DNA of 64,000 nt. It comes from Patescibacteria group bacterium. Lineage in GTDB: Bacteria; Patescibacteriota; Microgenomatia; UBA1400; PJMF01. The notes beneath the pieces were generated by a model, which saw only the letters and a list, made by a program, of their open reading frames with translations, ran no database searches and was not told the DNA's origin. Shown here piece after piece: positions 38,544 to 48,585 of this stretch (its first letter is position 1; each line of letters opens with the position of its first letter). Made by a program: the position numbers and the translations under genes. The DNA lies in the NCBI GenBank assembly GCA_041747555.1, contig JBGTEY010000010.1, positions 2,958 to 66,957 of the forward strand. Reading direction: 5' to 3'.

Positions 38544-38572
38544 TTGACATATGCAAGTAAGTTGCATATAAT
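38544..38572 (+). promoter_or_regulatory. consensus sigma70 promoter with Fur-family palindromic operator in the spacer
   Basis: TTGACA 38544, 17 bp, TATAAT 38567; TATGCAA-gtaag-TTGCATA 38550-38568. Confidence 0.8.
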
Positions 38573-38579
38573 AGCTGCT

Positions 38580-38990
38580 ATGCAAAAAAATTATGAAGAA
38601 ATTATAAAAAAAGTTGGCCTTAGAGTTACCCCCTCTCGACTAGCTGTTCTGAGAACATTGCACGCGCTTAATTGTCCAATCGACGTTCAGCAGATTGAAG
38701 ACCACCTGCAACAGCAGGGACAAACAGCAGATAAAGTAACTATTTACCGTATTTTAGAAAAATATGAGCAACTCGGCATCGTCAAAACCGTTTTTCTCAA
38801 AGAAGATAAACTCCGCTACGAGCTCAACGACGAGCACCACCACCATTTGGTCTGTAACAATTGCGGTAGTATCCAAGCAATTCATGGCTCTTGGCTTGAG
38901 GCTGCTGAAAAGTACATTGAAAACCAGTATAAATTTGCCGTCAGTGAACACACGCTTGAGTTTTTTGGGATGTGTGCGCGCTGTAAATAA
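38580..38990 (+). CDS. Fur-family metalloregulator (Zur/Mur-like)
   Basis: GLRVTPSR, TIYRIL, HHHHLVCNNCG, GMCARC. Confidence 0.92.
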   Translation: MQKNYEEIIKKVGLRVTPSRLAVLRTLHALNCPIDVQQIEDHLQQQGQTADKVTIYRILEKYEQLGIVKTVFLKEDKLRYELNDEHHHHLVCNNCGSIQAIHGSWLEAAEKYIENQYKFAVSEHTLEFFGMCARCK

Positions 38991-39001
38991 CTAGGATCAC
39001 C

Positions 39002-39940
39002 ATGTCAGACGTATCTACCTTTCTTCCAATTATTGGTCTTGTTTTATTTGGCAGCGTCGTTGCCTTAATTGGCGGTGTGCTTTTTTTGTACGTCAGGTCT
39101 TTGACCAAAACGCTCACCAGATATTCGGTCCCTTTTGCAGCTGGGGTTTTACTCACCACTGCGCTGGTCGGATTACTACCTGAAGCTACCCATCAAATTG
39201 GCGATGTCGCTTTCATGATCACGCTCTTGGCATTTATTGGTTCTTATCTTTTTGAAAACTTTGCGACAGGCTTGCATCACCATGACGATGGTCATGCTGA
39301 CCATGGTGGACACACTCATGTGCATGCGGTAAAAGAAAGTTCGGTTTGGATGGTACTGGTGGGAGATACCATTCATAATTTTATTGATGGTGTGGCAATC
39401 GCAGCGAGTTATATGGTGAATCCTGGGCTGGGAGTTGTAACTGCTGTCTCAACATTCTTGCATGAAGTTCCCCATGAAATTGGAGATTTTGGAATTCTAC
39501 TCAAAGCAGGGTGGCGTCGTCGATCAATTATTGTGGTAAATATAATTTCCGCACTGTTCTCTGTTGTGGGTGCTGCTGCGGTGCTCTTTATCTTTGCTGA
39601 AATAGAAATAATTGGACATCTTTTAGCAATTGCTGCCGGTATGTTTTTATATCTAGGGTCAAGTGATTTTTTACCCAAAGCACAGGAGGAGTCAAAGATG
39701 ATGAATTCTGTTGCTGCATTTATTCTTGGCACATTGGTGATTATGGGAGTATTTTATGCGGTGCCACATGACCATCCGGAATCAGGAGTTGACTCACATG
39801 GCCATGCTATAGGCGTAGATGAGCACGATGAGGAGGACGACGATGCTCACGAGCAGGAAGAAGACGACCATTCGGATGAAAAGGAAGTTGATCACCAACT
39901 AGAAGATGATCATGCTGATGAGCTTATCGAGCACGATTAA
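39002..39940 (+). CDS. ZIP-family metal transporter with His/acidic C-terminal tail
   Basis: FAAGVLL, His-rich loop, GDTIHNFIDG, LHEVPHEIGDF. Confidence 0.92.
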   Translation: MSDVSTFLPIIGLVLFGSVVALIGGVLFLYVRSLTKTLTRYSVPFAAGVLLTTALVGLLPEATHQIGDVAFMITLLAFIGSYLFENFATGLHHHDDGHADHGGHTHVHAVKESSVWMVLVGDTIHNFIDGVAIAASYMVNPGLGVVTAVSTFLHEVPHEIGDFGILLKAGWRRRSIIVVNIISALFSVVGAAAVLFIFAEIEIIGHLLAIAAGMFLYLGSSDFLPKAQEESKMMNSVAAFILGTLVIMGVFYAVPHDHPESGVDSHGHAIGVDEHDEEDDDAHEQEEDDHSDEKEVDHQLEDDHADELIEHD

Positions 39941-39952
39941 TTAATCGCACAG

Positions 39953-42187
39953 TTAGGCATTTGAATTTACTATTTTTAGGAGTTGATTAAGTTTCTCTGA
40001 TAAGCCTGCTCTATCGCACAATTCGAGAAGCTTAGGATCTGAACCCAGTCGCCTCAGCGCCTGGCTTTCTGAAGATCGAACGGTAAGTAGGTGACTGTTC
40101 GTTTCGCAGTACTGAAAATATGCTTGTAGCACATACTTGAGTTTTGGTTCTACTTCTATTTCGATGGTATGGTGGAGCATGTGTTGAAATGCGTGCATAG
40201 CCATAGCAATGTCAATCAAGCTTTCTGAGGCAGCGAGAATCAACTGACCTGCAGTGGCGTGCCCCACGAAGAGACTCCTCACATGAGTGAACAAATGTAT
40301 TTGGTTTCGATTAGTTCTGAGAATGAGCAGTAGGTCTTCAGCGGATATTGCTGGAGTGAGGATTTGCATCTGCCATCCAGAAATTTGACCGCGAATCTGC
40401 TCAGAAACTTTGGGGTTGGTAAGTATTGAAACAAAATGATTCTGCATCCTCTCCAGAAGATTTGTGTCATTATCAACTGAGTAGTCAGACATTTCACCCA
40501 CGTGTTCGGGAAGGAGTAACTGAATAAGCTGAGCTTCTTCACCAGCATGTAGTTTTTCAGCCCAGGTTGGATCCTCAAGCTCATCAAGCACCGTCTCAAG
40601 CCGTTTGCCTTGGCGATCTTGCCACCACGATTTCTTAAGCTTAACTAAGTTATGAATGAACGGTACTTCTTCTGCCCAGTGTAATTTGTCTGAGTCAAGA
40701 CAGTCATACACAAATGCTTGCTCATCGCTGTCATACACATCAGATAAAATTGTGTAGATTTTATGCTTGTATGCTCCACCCTTACTTTCTAGAAGCGCTA
40801 CCCATAGGTATGTACCCTTAATTTTTTCTGTGAGGAGGTGATGCTCCTTATGAAGATACCTCAGGAGGTAATCAAACCATTGTTCAGATCGACTCGCGGA
40901 CTTCATGAGCTCAGTTAATATGGTCAAAAGCTCCGGAATTTCAGGAAGATGCGTAGTAGTCAGCTGCTTGACGAGCGGCGCATCACTCTCGTATGCCACA
41001 ATTTCGCCAATTATTCTCAATTCATTTGAGCCTAACTTGAAGGCGGTTTGATCGTCACCATCTTCCGCATGCTGTACTTTGGCCTTGTCGGTGGGGTGTA
41101 TGGCATGGAGTAATTGCTGTATTGACGCACTTACTTCAGTGAGTTTGGGTGCCGTTGCCGGTTTGCTTGAACTCCTCGAAACATTTTGAGCATTTTTGTA
41201 CCAATTGAGAGCGATGTTTGCGATCTGACGGGAGGTCTGAGGTGTGCTATCGGCAGGGATTAAGCGCGCGATCCCCTCTGATGCCAGGTTTGCGTGCATG
41301 AGGCACGCTTCATTTGAATGATATTCACTCGTGGCATTTTCAAGCATTTCTAAAACTTTTTCCTGGAACTCAGGAGTTAGTGATTCATCGTCGAGATGCG
41401 CAACGAGTGTCAGGATTGCAAAGAGATTATCCTCTGGTTTTTCGAGGTTTAAAAGTAGCTCTGAAACAATTTTGTCATCGAGCTCGTCTGGCAAAAGATC
41501 TGGATATTTAGAAGTTGCGAGGGCTAGTAATCGGACCGCAGCTTGGGGGAATGGCGCGGAAACTCGTGGACTTGGGGTTGAGTTTAGTATATCGAGTTGA
41601 CCTGCTACGCGGGATCTTTCCCTATTGAGATCATCATCTTTCTCGCCAAGGGTTGTAGCAAAATACTGCAATTGGTCGAGAATGCTTTTGAACGTAGCTT
41701 TCAAATACGAATCATCTACAGTCTGTGTGGTCATGTTTTCAAACACATGGTAGAGATGACTTGCTACGCGTCTTGTTATTGCACGCTGCTGCTGAAGATC
41801 AGGTTCTTGCAATGCAGCGGTGAGTTCGCTGGCAATAGTGGTCAGGTAGATAGGGATATCTATAGTAGAACTCGCCAATAACGCTGCAACTTTTCCAGGA
41901 TCGTATTGGTTTTCTGCGACTGCGGCTTTTGCCAGATCAGTAGTAACGAGTTGTCGTACAGGGGCATTGATTGCGATTATGGTAAGCGCCGCTTCGAGTG
42001 GTCCGGTGTCTACCTCTGGATCAGCAACGAGCAACAATTCATGTAAGTCTTTGGCTACAGCGAGTAAAAAGAGGAAATTCACTGGAATGGAAACTTCAGG
42101 CAGTTCGCTCTCACCCGAAGATTTAAGCGTTGAATCCAAAAGCTTTTGCAATCGTGCGTGTGCATCACCGTCCACCTGAGTTTTCAT
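39953..42187 (-). CDS. large hypothetical alpha-helical protein
   Basis: 744 aa Leu-rich ORF; TATACT 6 nt before ATG. Confidence 0.7.
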   Translation of the reverse strand: MKTQVDGDAHARLQKLLDSTLKSSGESELPEVSIPVNFLFLLAVAKDLHELLLVADPEVDTGPLEAALTIIAINAPVRQLVTTDLAKAAVAENQYDPGKVAALLASSTIDIPIYLTTIASELTAALQEPDLQQQRAITRRVASHLYHVFENMTTQTVDDSYLKATFKSILDQLQYFATTLGEKDDDLNRERSRVAGQLDILNSTPSPRVSAPFPQAAVRLLALATSKYPDLLPDELDDKIVSELLLNLEKPEDNLFAILTLVAHLDDESLTPEFQEKVLEMLENATSEYHSNEACLMHANLASEGIARLIPADSTPQTSRQIANIALNWYKNAQNVSRSSSKPATAPKLTEVSASIQQLLHAIHPTDKAKVQHAEDGDDQTAFKLGSNELRIIGEIVAYESDAPLVKQLTTTHLPEIPELLTILTELMKSASRSEQWFDYLLRYLHKEHHLLTEKIKGTYLWVALLESKGGAYKHKIYTILSDVYDSDEQAFVYDCLDSDKLHWAEEVPFIHNLVKLKKSWWQDRQGKRLETVLDELEDPTWAEKLHAGEEAQLIQLLLPEHVGEMSDYSVDNDTNLLERMQNHFVSILTNPKVSEQIRGQISGWQMQILTPAISAEDLLLILRTNRNQIHLFTHVRSLFVGHATAGQLILAASESLIDIAMAMHAFQHMLHHTIEIEVEPKLKYVLQAYFQYCETNSHLLTVRSSESQALRRLGSDPKLLELCDRAGLSEKLNQLLKIVNSNA

Positions 42188-42219
42188 ACTATAAGTATAT
42201 CATATCGAGCATAGTAGCT

Positions 42220-42250
42220 CTCAACAAATTCTCAATTTAGTGAGTACAAT
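42220..42250 (+). promoter_or_regulatory. response-regulator direct-repeat box plus -10 (likely autoregulation)
   Basis: CTCAA-N6-CTCAA with 11-bp period; TACAAT at 42245. Confidence 0.65.
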
Positions 42251-42318
42251 AAAGGTACTGACTATGAGCATTTATTGAATAACTCCGTGCAACTACTCAT
42301 GCCACAAATATCGCAATA

Positions 42319-42999
42319 ATGAAAATTTTAGTAATCGAAGACGAACATCGGATTGCAAACTATATAAAAAAAGGTTTGGAGCTGCAACAGCATGTGGTTG
42401 ATGTAGCATATGATGGTGACAGTGGTTTTGACATGGCAAGTGTAGAGAAGTATGACGTCATTCTTCTTGATCTAATGCTGCCAGGAAAAGACGGCATCTC
42501 AATTTGTAAAGATTTGCGGGAGGAAGGCAATCACACACCAATTCTAATGCTCACAGCCAAATCTGCCGTTCCCGATCGAGTGACTGGTTTGGATGCAGGT
42601 GCAGATGATTATCTACCCAAACCTTTTGCCTTCACCGAGCTCTTAGCCCGCGTTAAGGCGCTTGGGAGGCGCCCACAGCAAGTTTCGGACACGACATTGA
42701 CCGCTGGCACGCTAACGCTCAACACCCATACCCAGCAGGTTGAACGAAGCGGTGCACCGATTTCACTTTCTAAAAAGGAATATTCATTGCTTGAATTTTT
42801 CATGAGACATCAAAATCAAATCTTAAGTAAAGATCAGCTTACCGAACAAGTATGGAGTTATGATAGTGATGTTTTACCAAATACAGCTCAAGTGTATGTG
42901 GGATACTTGCGCAATAAAATAGACCGGCCGTTTCCAGACGAGTTACCCCTGTTGCGTACGGTGCGTGGATTTGGGTACAGTTTTGGCGTTGGGAAGTAA
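42319..42999 (+). CDS. OmpR/PhoB-family response regulator
   Basis: ILVIEDE, LDLMLP, LTAK, GADDYLPKPF, LRTVRGFGY. Confidence 0.97.
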   Translation: MKILVIEDEHRIANYIKKGLELQQHVVDVAYDGDSGFDMASVEKYDVILLDLMLPGKDGISICKDLREEGNHTPILMLTAKSAVPDRVTGLDAGADDYLPKPFAFTELLARVKALGRRPQQVSDTTLTAGTLTLNTHTQQVERSGAPISLSKKEYSLLEFFMRHQNQILSKDQLTEQVWSYDSDVLPNTAQVYVGYLRNKIDRPFPDELPLLRTVRGFGYSFGVGK

Positions 43000-43002
43000 A
43001 AA

Positions 43003-44037
43003 ATGCAGTTATTTCTTTCAGCTCGCTTGCAGTTAACCGCATGGTATTTGTTAATCGTGCTTTTTATTACTGGTTCGGTGAGTGCAATCGTGTATTTTCG
43101 GACGACGTATGTGATTGAGCAGGAATATACACGTATTGAGCAGCGGATCTTGAGCGATTTTCGACGGATTGGGCAGCCTGAAGGTGAGACACCTGTTGAG
43201 CGAATACTGCGTGCTGATCTAGCGTTGGCCAAGAAACAGATTTTTTTGCAACTCTTGGTGGTGAATGGATTAATAGCACTGTTGTTTGCAATTGCTGGTT
43301 ATATTTTATCGGGCAAAACCTTGCGACCGATCCAATCAATCCTAGAAGAACAGCAGCGACTTGTCGCTGATGCTGCGCACGAGCTCAAAACACCCATAAC
43401 AGCGCTCAAGACCTCAATCGAAGTTAATCTTATGGATGCTTCTCTTCCCAAATCCACCAAAAAAATTCTGACAGAAAATTTAGAAGATATTGAATGTCTT
43501 GGAATGCTCACTGAAAGTTTGCTCAAGTTAGCTCGAGTTGAGCATCAGCAGCTTGATCATCAACAAATTGAGTTGTCTCAGCTTACCAAACAAGCAGTCA
43601 AGCAAATTTCACCGCTCGCAACAAAAAAACAGATCGCAATCAAAACACGCGGTATCAAGAAGCAATACCAAGTCTTTGGCGACTATGGCTCTCTCCTGGA
43701 CTTAGAGCTGCTACTTCTTGATAACGCGATCAAGTACAGTCCATCCAATTCAACGGTAACAATATCACTTGCCGAGCATCGCAGAACGATTGAGCTGAGA
43801 GTGGTAGATCAGGGAATGGGCATTCCTCGAGAGCATATTGCACATATTTTTGATCGATTTTATAGAGTCGATAGCTCACGGACTCAATCCAGAACAGGCG
43901 GTTATGGCCTTGGATTAGCGATTGCCAAGAAAATTGTGACACAACACAGGGCGAGCATTCACGTCAAAAGCTCAAGTACTACAGGAACTACTTTTACCGT
44001 TAGTTTCCCCAAGTTTTCCAGGGTAATGATCGAGTAG
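43003..44037 (+). CDS. sensor histidine kinase
   Basis: Two TM; DAAHELKTP, LLDNAIKY, DQGMGI, FDRFYR, GYGLGLAI. Confidence 0.96.
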   Translation: MQLFLSARLQLTAWYLLIVLFITGSVSAIVYFRTTYVIEQEYTRIEQRILSDFRRIGQPEGETPVERILRADLALAKKQIFLQLLVVNGLIALLFAIAGYILSGKTLRPIQSILEEQQRLVADAAHELKTPITALKTSIEVNLMDASLPKSTKKILTENLEDIECLGMLTESLLKLARVEHQQLDHQQIELSQLTKQAVKQISPLATKKQIAIKTRGIKKQYQVFGDYGSLLDLELLLLDNAIKYSPSNSTVTISLAEHRRTIELRVVDQGMGIPREHIAHIFDRFYRVDSSRTQSRTGGYGLGLAIAKKIVTQHRASIHVKSSSTTGTTFTVSFPKFSRVMIE

Positions 44038-44060
44038 CCGATACTGTAATTGCTTTTCAA

Positions 44061-44094
44061 TTCTCAATTAATTCTCAAGCTATCGCAGTATTCT
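44061..44094 (+). promoter_or_regulatory. response-regulator direct-repeat box plus -10
   Basis: TTCTCAA at 44061 and 44072; TATTCT at 44089. Confidence 0.6.
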
Positions 44095-44136
44095 AATAGA
44101 CAGTACAAAGTAATCATTCAATGGAAAGGAGGTATC

Positions 44137-44616
44137 ATGAATAAAAAAGTTCTACTGCCAGTTGCAGCCGCAATCATCGCGGGCTCACTGTATGGAGCCG
44201 GACAAGTATCAGCGCACGGCCTAGGAAGCCAAAACAGCACATCCTTGATCCAAACACTTACTCAACGCTTCAACCTCAATGAAGATGAGGTCAAAGCCGT
44301 GTTTGACGAAGTCCGACAACAGCAAGCAGTCCAGAGGCAGACCCACATGGAAAATCGGTTGCAAGTGGCAGTAGATTCAGGAGATCTCACTGAAGAGCAG
44401 CGAGACTCGCTGTTACACCTTAAGGAGGAACATATGGCAGCAATGCAGCAGCTGCGTGATTCTTCAACAGAAATAACGCCCGAACAACGGCAGACGTTGT
44501 TTGAGAAACACCGAGCAGAACTAGAAGCTTGGGCAGAACAAGAAGGCGTATCACTTGATGATGTTGCACCATTTCACGACAGGTTTGGTAGCCACCGTCG
44601 TATGATGAAACAATAA
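44137..44616 (+). CDS. secreted helical protein (Spy/CpxP-like character)
   Basis: AAAGGAGG SD; signal peptide ending VSA; LTEEQ/ITPEQR motifs; lies downstream of the TCS. Confidence 0.7.
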   Translation: MNKKVLLPVAAAIIAGSLYGAGQVSAHGLGSQNSTSLIQTLTQRFNLNEDEVKAVFDEVRQQQAVQRQTHMENRLQVAVDSGDLTEEQRDSLLHLKEEHMAAMQQLRDSSTEITPEQRQTLFEKHRAELEAWAEQEGVSLDDVAPFHDRFGSHRRMMKQ

Positions 44617-44643
44617 CTTATTTAAGCGATACTCCATCAGTAT

Positions 44644-44681
44644 ATCAGACACTTTCTTTGCGGAAAGTGTCTGATTTTTTT
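44644..44681 (+). terminator. intrinsic terminator
   Basis: ATCAGACACTTTC-loop-GAAAGTGTCTGAT followed by a T-run. Confidence 0.85.
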
Positions 44682-44727
44682 GTCTCTCCGCTAGACAGGT
44701 ATCTCAAAGTATTGATAGTATGGAACC

Positions 44728-45189
44728 ATGCTCATTTCAGAAATTTACCATAAAAATGTCATCACTATTGATCACCACACTACTGTTATCGAAGCTCTCA
44801 AGACGTTCATCAAAAAACGCATAAATGGCTTAATTGTGGTGGATGGTCATGACCACGTCGTGGGTGTGCTCTCAATTCAAGATATCGCAGCAGCAACAAT
44901 TCCGAGTCAGTTTCGACATAATATCCAGATGGCAGCTGCCATGTATCGCAAAGGATTTTTCTCTGAGAATTGTCAAGATATCAAGGACAACACGGTCAAA
45001 ACGATCATGAGAAAAAATTTCACCGCAGTGAATATGGAAGACAACATCATGGCGGTTACCGCTGATTTTCTTAAGAATGACTTATACATCGTGCCAGTAT
45101 TTAAAGAAGGTCAGCTCGTAGGAGTGGTAACGCGTTCTGAAATTAAGAAAGCGCTCGCGTACGGTATGAAATTGCATGGGTATTTTTAA
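44728..45189 (+). CDS. CBS-domain pair protein
   Basis: GLIVVD...VGVLS..DI and VPVF....LVGVVTRSEI. Confidence 0.9.
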   Translation: MLISEIYHKNVITIDHHTTVIEALKTFIKKRINGLIVVDGHDHVVGVLSIQDIAAATIPSQFRHNIQMAAAMYRKGFFSENCQDIKDNTVKTIMRKNFTAVNMEDNIMAVTADFLKNDLYIVPVFKEGQLVGVVTRSEIKKALAYGMKLHGYF

Positions 45190-45233
45190 GGTAGTTGCAG
45201 AGCTGTAGTAGCGACTAGTACTTGGATTTGGAT

Positions 45234-46565
45234 ATGGAAGTATACGGATTATCATTTTTTTCACTATTGTCTTTGGTTGTATTGAGTGTGGTGTATTACT
45301 TTTTAATCTCTGAAAAAGTAAATAAAGTAATTGTCTCTATTCTTGGCGCGACGTCGTTGATTTTGATGCAAGTGTTTAAGACCGCCACGCATTCTTCACA
45401 GGAAAATGCATTTTCATTTATTAGCCATAATTTAGATATTTTAGGTTTTGTGATTGGAATGATGGTGTTGGTAGGGATTGTGCGCGAATCGGGAATTTTT
45501 GAGGCGCTGGCAATCTGGCTGGTGCGATTAGTGAAGGGAGAGCCAAAAAAATTATTGGTGGTAATCGGCTATTTGACGCTGGTGATGACCACTTTTTTTT
45601 CTAATATTCCCACGATTCTTATCTTGACGCCAGTGCTAGTTGTATTGATAAAAACATTTAAATTGCCCTATATGCCATACTTTTTTGTATTAGTAGTGAT
45701 GGCAAATTTATCTGGAGCGATGACCCCTATTTCAGATCCAACTACCTACTATCAGGCCAAAACAGTCGGACTCTCATTTGGGGAAGTTATTTCCAATTCA
45801 GGTTTGATTGTATTACTCCTTTCGGTGGTAACCATGGTGTATAGCTTGTTTGTATTCAGAAAGCCATTAGCTGCAGTGAAGGTCAGCGAAAAAGACGTTC
45901 AATTATTTAATCCAAAAGCTGCAATAAAAGATCTCACCATTCTCAAGAAAGGGATGCCAATTTTGCTTGGAGTGATTCTACTAATGATTTTTCGGGAACA
46001 AATTTTCACGCTCACAGGAGTGACTTTGGATAATGCTACTCTAACACTCGGTGGCTCGTTTTTGGCTATGCTCATATTTCATCGCAAACCTGAAAAAGTC
46101 TTCAAAGATTTGATTGATTGGGAAATCATATTCTTCTTTATGGGGTTATTTATCGTAGTCGGTGCACTAGAATTTACAGAAGTAATTGTGCTGCTCGCAG
46201 ATCAATTAGTGACCTTGTCAGGAGGAAACATGACTACGCTCTTGTTCTTGATTACTACGGGCTCTGCGGTGTTATCTACTTTTATTGATAACGTCCCGTA
46301 CAACATAACAATGGTGGGTGCAATTCAGGCAATGTCAGCCTCTGGATTGACGGTGTATCCGCTATGGTGGGCGCTAAATTTAGGAACCTCAATTGGAGGC
46401 GCAGGTTCTCCGATCGCTGCTGCCTGTAATGTGATCGCGTTTAGTCAAGCCGAAAAAGAACACTGGTCGGTAAAATTCTTTCATTTTCTGATACTTTCCA
46501 TGCCATTGGTGCTGATTAATAGTCTTGTTGCCTTTCTAGTTCTGTGGGTTCGGTATATACTATAG
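45234..46565 (+). CDS. ArsB/NhaD (SLC13/IT superfamily) permease
   Basis: SGIFEALA, FFSNIPT, ANLSGAMTPISDP, FIDNVP, IGGAGSPIAAACN. Confidence 0.88.
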   Translation: MEVYGLSFFSLLSLVVLSVVYYFLISEKVNKVIVSILGATSLILMQVFKTATHSSQENAFSFISHNLDILGFVIGMMVLVGIVRESGIFEALAIWLVRLVKGEPKKLLVVIGYLTLVMTTFFSNIPTILILTPVLVVLIKTFKLPYMPYFFVLVVMANLSGAMTPISDPTTYYQAKTVGLSFGEVISNSGLIVLLLSVVTMVYSLFVFRKPLAAVKVSEKDVQLFNPKAAIKDLTILKKGMPILLGVILLMIFREQIFTLTGVTLDNATLTLGGSFLAMLIFHRKPEKVFKDLIDWEIIFFFMGLFIVVGALEFTEVIVLLADQLVTLSGGNMTTLLFLITTGSAVLSTFIDNVPYNITMVGAIQAMSASGLTVYPLWWALNLGTSIGGAGSPIAAACNVIAFSQAEKEHWSVKFFHFLILSMPLVLINSLVAFLVLWVRYIL

Positions 46566-46567
46566 GT

Positions 46568-47185
46568 ATGTTCAGATTTTTCAACAATTGGCGTTGTTTG
46601 GGCTCGAGTGGATCTGCCTCTAGCATGAGTGTTTTGATGAGTTTGGGAATTGTCCTAGCTATGGGATTATTTTCATTATTGCTTCCTACTCCAACAGAGA
46701 ATCCTGATCAACCAAATCCATCTGCGCCAGTCCTTGGAGTAGAGACTGATCAAGCCCGTCCCGTTGAGACTGCATTCGTCACTCGTGTGATTGACGGTGA
46801 CACAATTGTGCTTGAATCTGGTGAGCGAGTTCGCTACATCGGTATGAACACCCCAGAGGACGGGGCTGTCGTTGAGTGCTACGGTACAGCCGCGACAAAA
46901 AGAAACATCGAATTAGTTGAAAATAAAACAGTTACCTTAGTCAAAGATGTTTCTGAAACCGATCGATATGGTCGGCTTTTAAGATACGTATATATTGAAG
47001 ACCAGATGATAAATCGAATTCTCCTGGATGAAGGATTTGCGCAAGTTGCAACCTATCCACCCGATGTTATGCATCAAGAAACCTTCTCTGCAGCGCAAGA
47101 AATTGCCCGCGAGAAAGAGATTGGACTCTGGGGTGGTGATTGTCCAGAGCAGCTTGAAGCTGACGACGATCTCCGCACTCAATAG
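46568..47185 (+). CDS. thermonuclease (SNase) family, membrane-anchored
   Basis: VTRVIDGDT, VRYIGMNTPE, DRYGRLLRYVY, GLWG. Confidence 0.92.
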   Translation: MFRFFNNWRCLGSSGSASSMSVLMSLGIVLAMGLFSLLLPTPTENPDQPNPSAPVLGVETDQARPVETAFVTRVIDGDTIVLESGERVRYIGMNTPEDGAVVECYGTAATKRNIELVENKTVTLVKDVSETDRYGRLLRYVYIEDQMINRILLDEGFAQVATYPPDVMHQETFSAAQEIAREKEIGLWGGDCPEQLEADDDLRTQ

Positions 47186-47211
47186 GTACCAGACATTTTC
47201 CACATACATTC

Positions 47212-48474
47212 ATGAAAAAATATGCTCCCCTTTTGCTCTTAACGTTTGTAAATATCATCGGTTTCACGTTGCTTATTCCCGTTCTCCCAATGGTGGTCAA
47301 ACTCTATGCACCTGGGCCGTGGGAAAGCATTTTTTATGGAGCATTGTTGTCGTCATATGCTCTGTTTCAGTTTATTGGATCGCCGGTATTGGGCGCACTG
47401 AGTGATCGATATGGTCGTCGGCCATTATTGTTTGTCAGTCAATTGGGCACGTCCATTAGTTGGTTAATCTTTGGCGCAGCGTATTTTTTTCCACCAACAA
47501 TGATTTTTGGACTCCAGCTTCCACTGTATATTATTGCATTCTCCAGAGTAGTTGATGGAATTACTGGCGGAAATGTCTCAGTTGCCCAAGCATGGATCGC
47601 CGATGTGGCACGACCTGAAGAAAAAACCAAAGCCTTTGGTGCGATGGGAGCAACGTTTGGATTTGGATTTTTGATTGGTCCAGCGCTTGGCGGACTGACA
47701 GCGTCTAGCCAGTATGGTTTTGCGGGGACTGCGGCGGTTGCATTTTTAATCTCTCTGGTCACACTACTCGTTATTTACTTCATGTTGCCGGAATCTCTCG
47801 CAGAAAAAGACCGCGACACCGAGCTCGAACTGTCATTTTGGAGCGAACTCAATTTTTGGAAAAAAATCATGCAGTTTAGACGATCGCCAGGGGTATTTAA
47901 AATATTGCTGTATCGGCTCTTTTTTGCACTCGTCCTCTCATCGTTTGTGACGATTTTCATTTTGTACATGGATCATCATCTCGGTCTTTCTACTCAAATG
48001 TTGGGGCTGACTCTAAGCGCAATTGGATTATTCTCTATTTTTAATCAAGTCGTGGTTACTCACCGAGTAGTTGTGTGGCTCGGGACGATGAAAACCGTGT
48101 ACTTGAGCTTCTTTTTGGTAGCTTTAGGATCATGTCTGATCCCGATTATTCCGCTTAATCTGTATCATTTTGGCGTCAATATTACTTTAGTCTTATTTAT
48201 GGTCAATTCGTTCTTAATAAATCTAGGCATTTCTTTGGCAAATCCAACATTTAAAACTATCCTCACTAACAAAGTTACCGAACGACAGCAGGGTGTGATA
48301 AATGGTATTGACGAGTCAATCGTGGCTATTGGAAATGCGACGATGCCTATGATTGCCGGGTGGCTCTATACAATATTAGGCGCAAGGGTATTTTTCACCA
48401 ATATTTTCTTACTACTTATACCCTTTGCAATTCTTTGGCTCAGAAAAAGGGGTTGGCTGATTAGAAGGTGGTGA
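47212..48474 (+). CDS. MFS transporter (TetA/DHA1-like)
   Basis: GALSDRYGRRP (motif A), RVVDGITGGN, GFLIGPALGG (motif C). Confidence 0.9.
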   Translation: MKKYAPLLLLTFVNIIGFTLLIPVLPMVVKLYAPGPWESIFYGALLSSYALFQFIGSPVLGALSDRYGRRPLLFVSQLGTSISWLIFGAAYFFPPTMIFGLQLPLYIIAFSRVVDGITGGNVSVAQAWIADVARPEEKTKAFGAMGATFGFGFLIGPALGGLTASSQYGFAGTAAVAFLISLVTLLVIYFMLPESLAEKDRDTELELSFWSELNFWKKIMQFRRSPGVFKILLYRLFFALVLSSFVTIFILYMDHHLGLSTQMLGLTLSAIGLFSIFNQVVVTHRVVVWLGTMKTVYLSFFLVALGSCLIPIIPLNLYHFGVNITLVLFMVNSFLINLGISLANPTFKTILTNKVTERQQGVINGIDESIVAIGNATMPMIAGWLYTILGARVFFTNIFLLLIPFAILWLRKRGWLIRRW

Positions 48475-48537
48475 GATATTGGATTCAGGAAGATTGAAGT
48501 CAATAACAATCAAGTTCACAACTTTAATTGTGACATA

Positions 48538-48568
48538 AAAAAACCCAGAGCACTGCCCTGGGTTTTTT
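48538..48568. terminator. bidirectional intrinsic terminator
   Basis: AAAAAACCCAG...CTGGGTTTTTT between convergent genes. Confidence 0.8.
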
Positions 48569-48585
48569 GTTTCTTACTCAGTTAA

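Noticed and set aside
47212-48474. Tetracycline resistance gene tetA
   Set aside because: Only family-level MFS motifs, no tetR; substrate cannot be inferred
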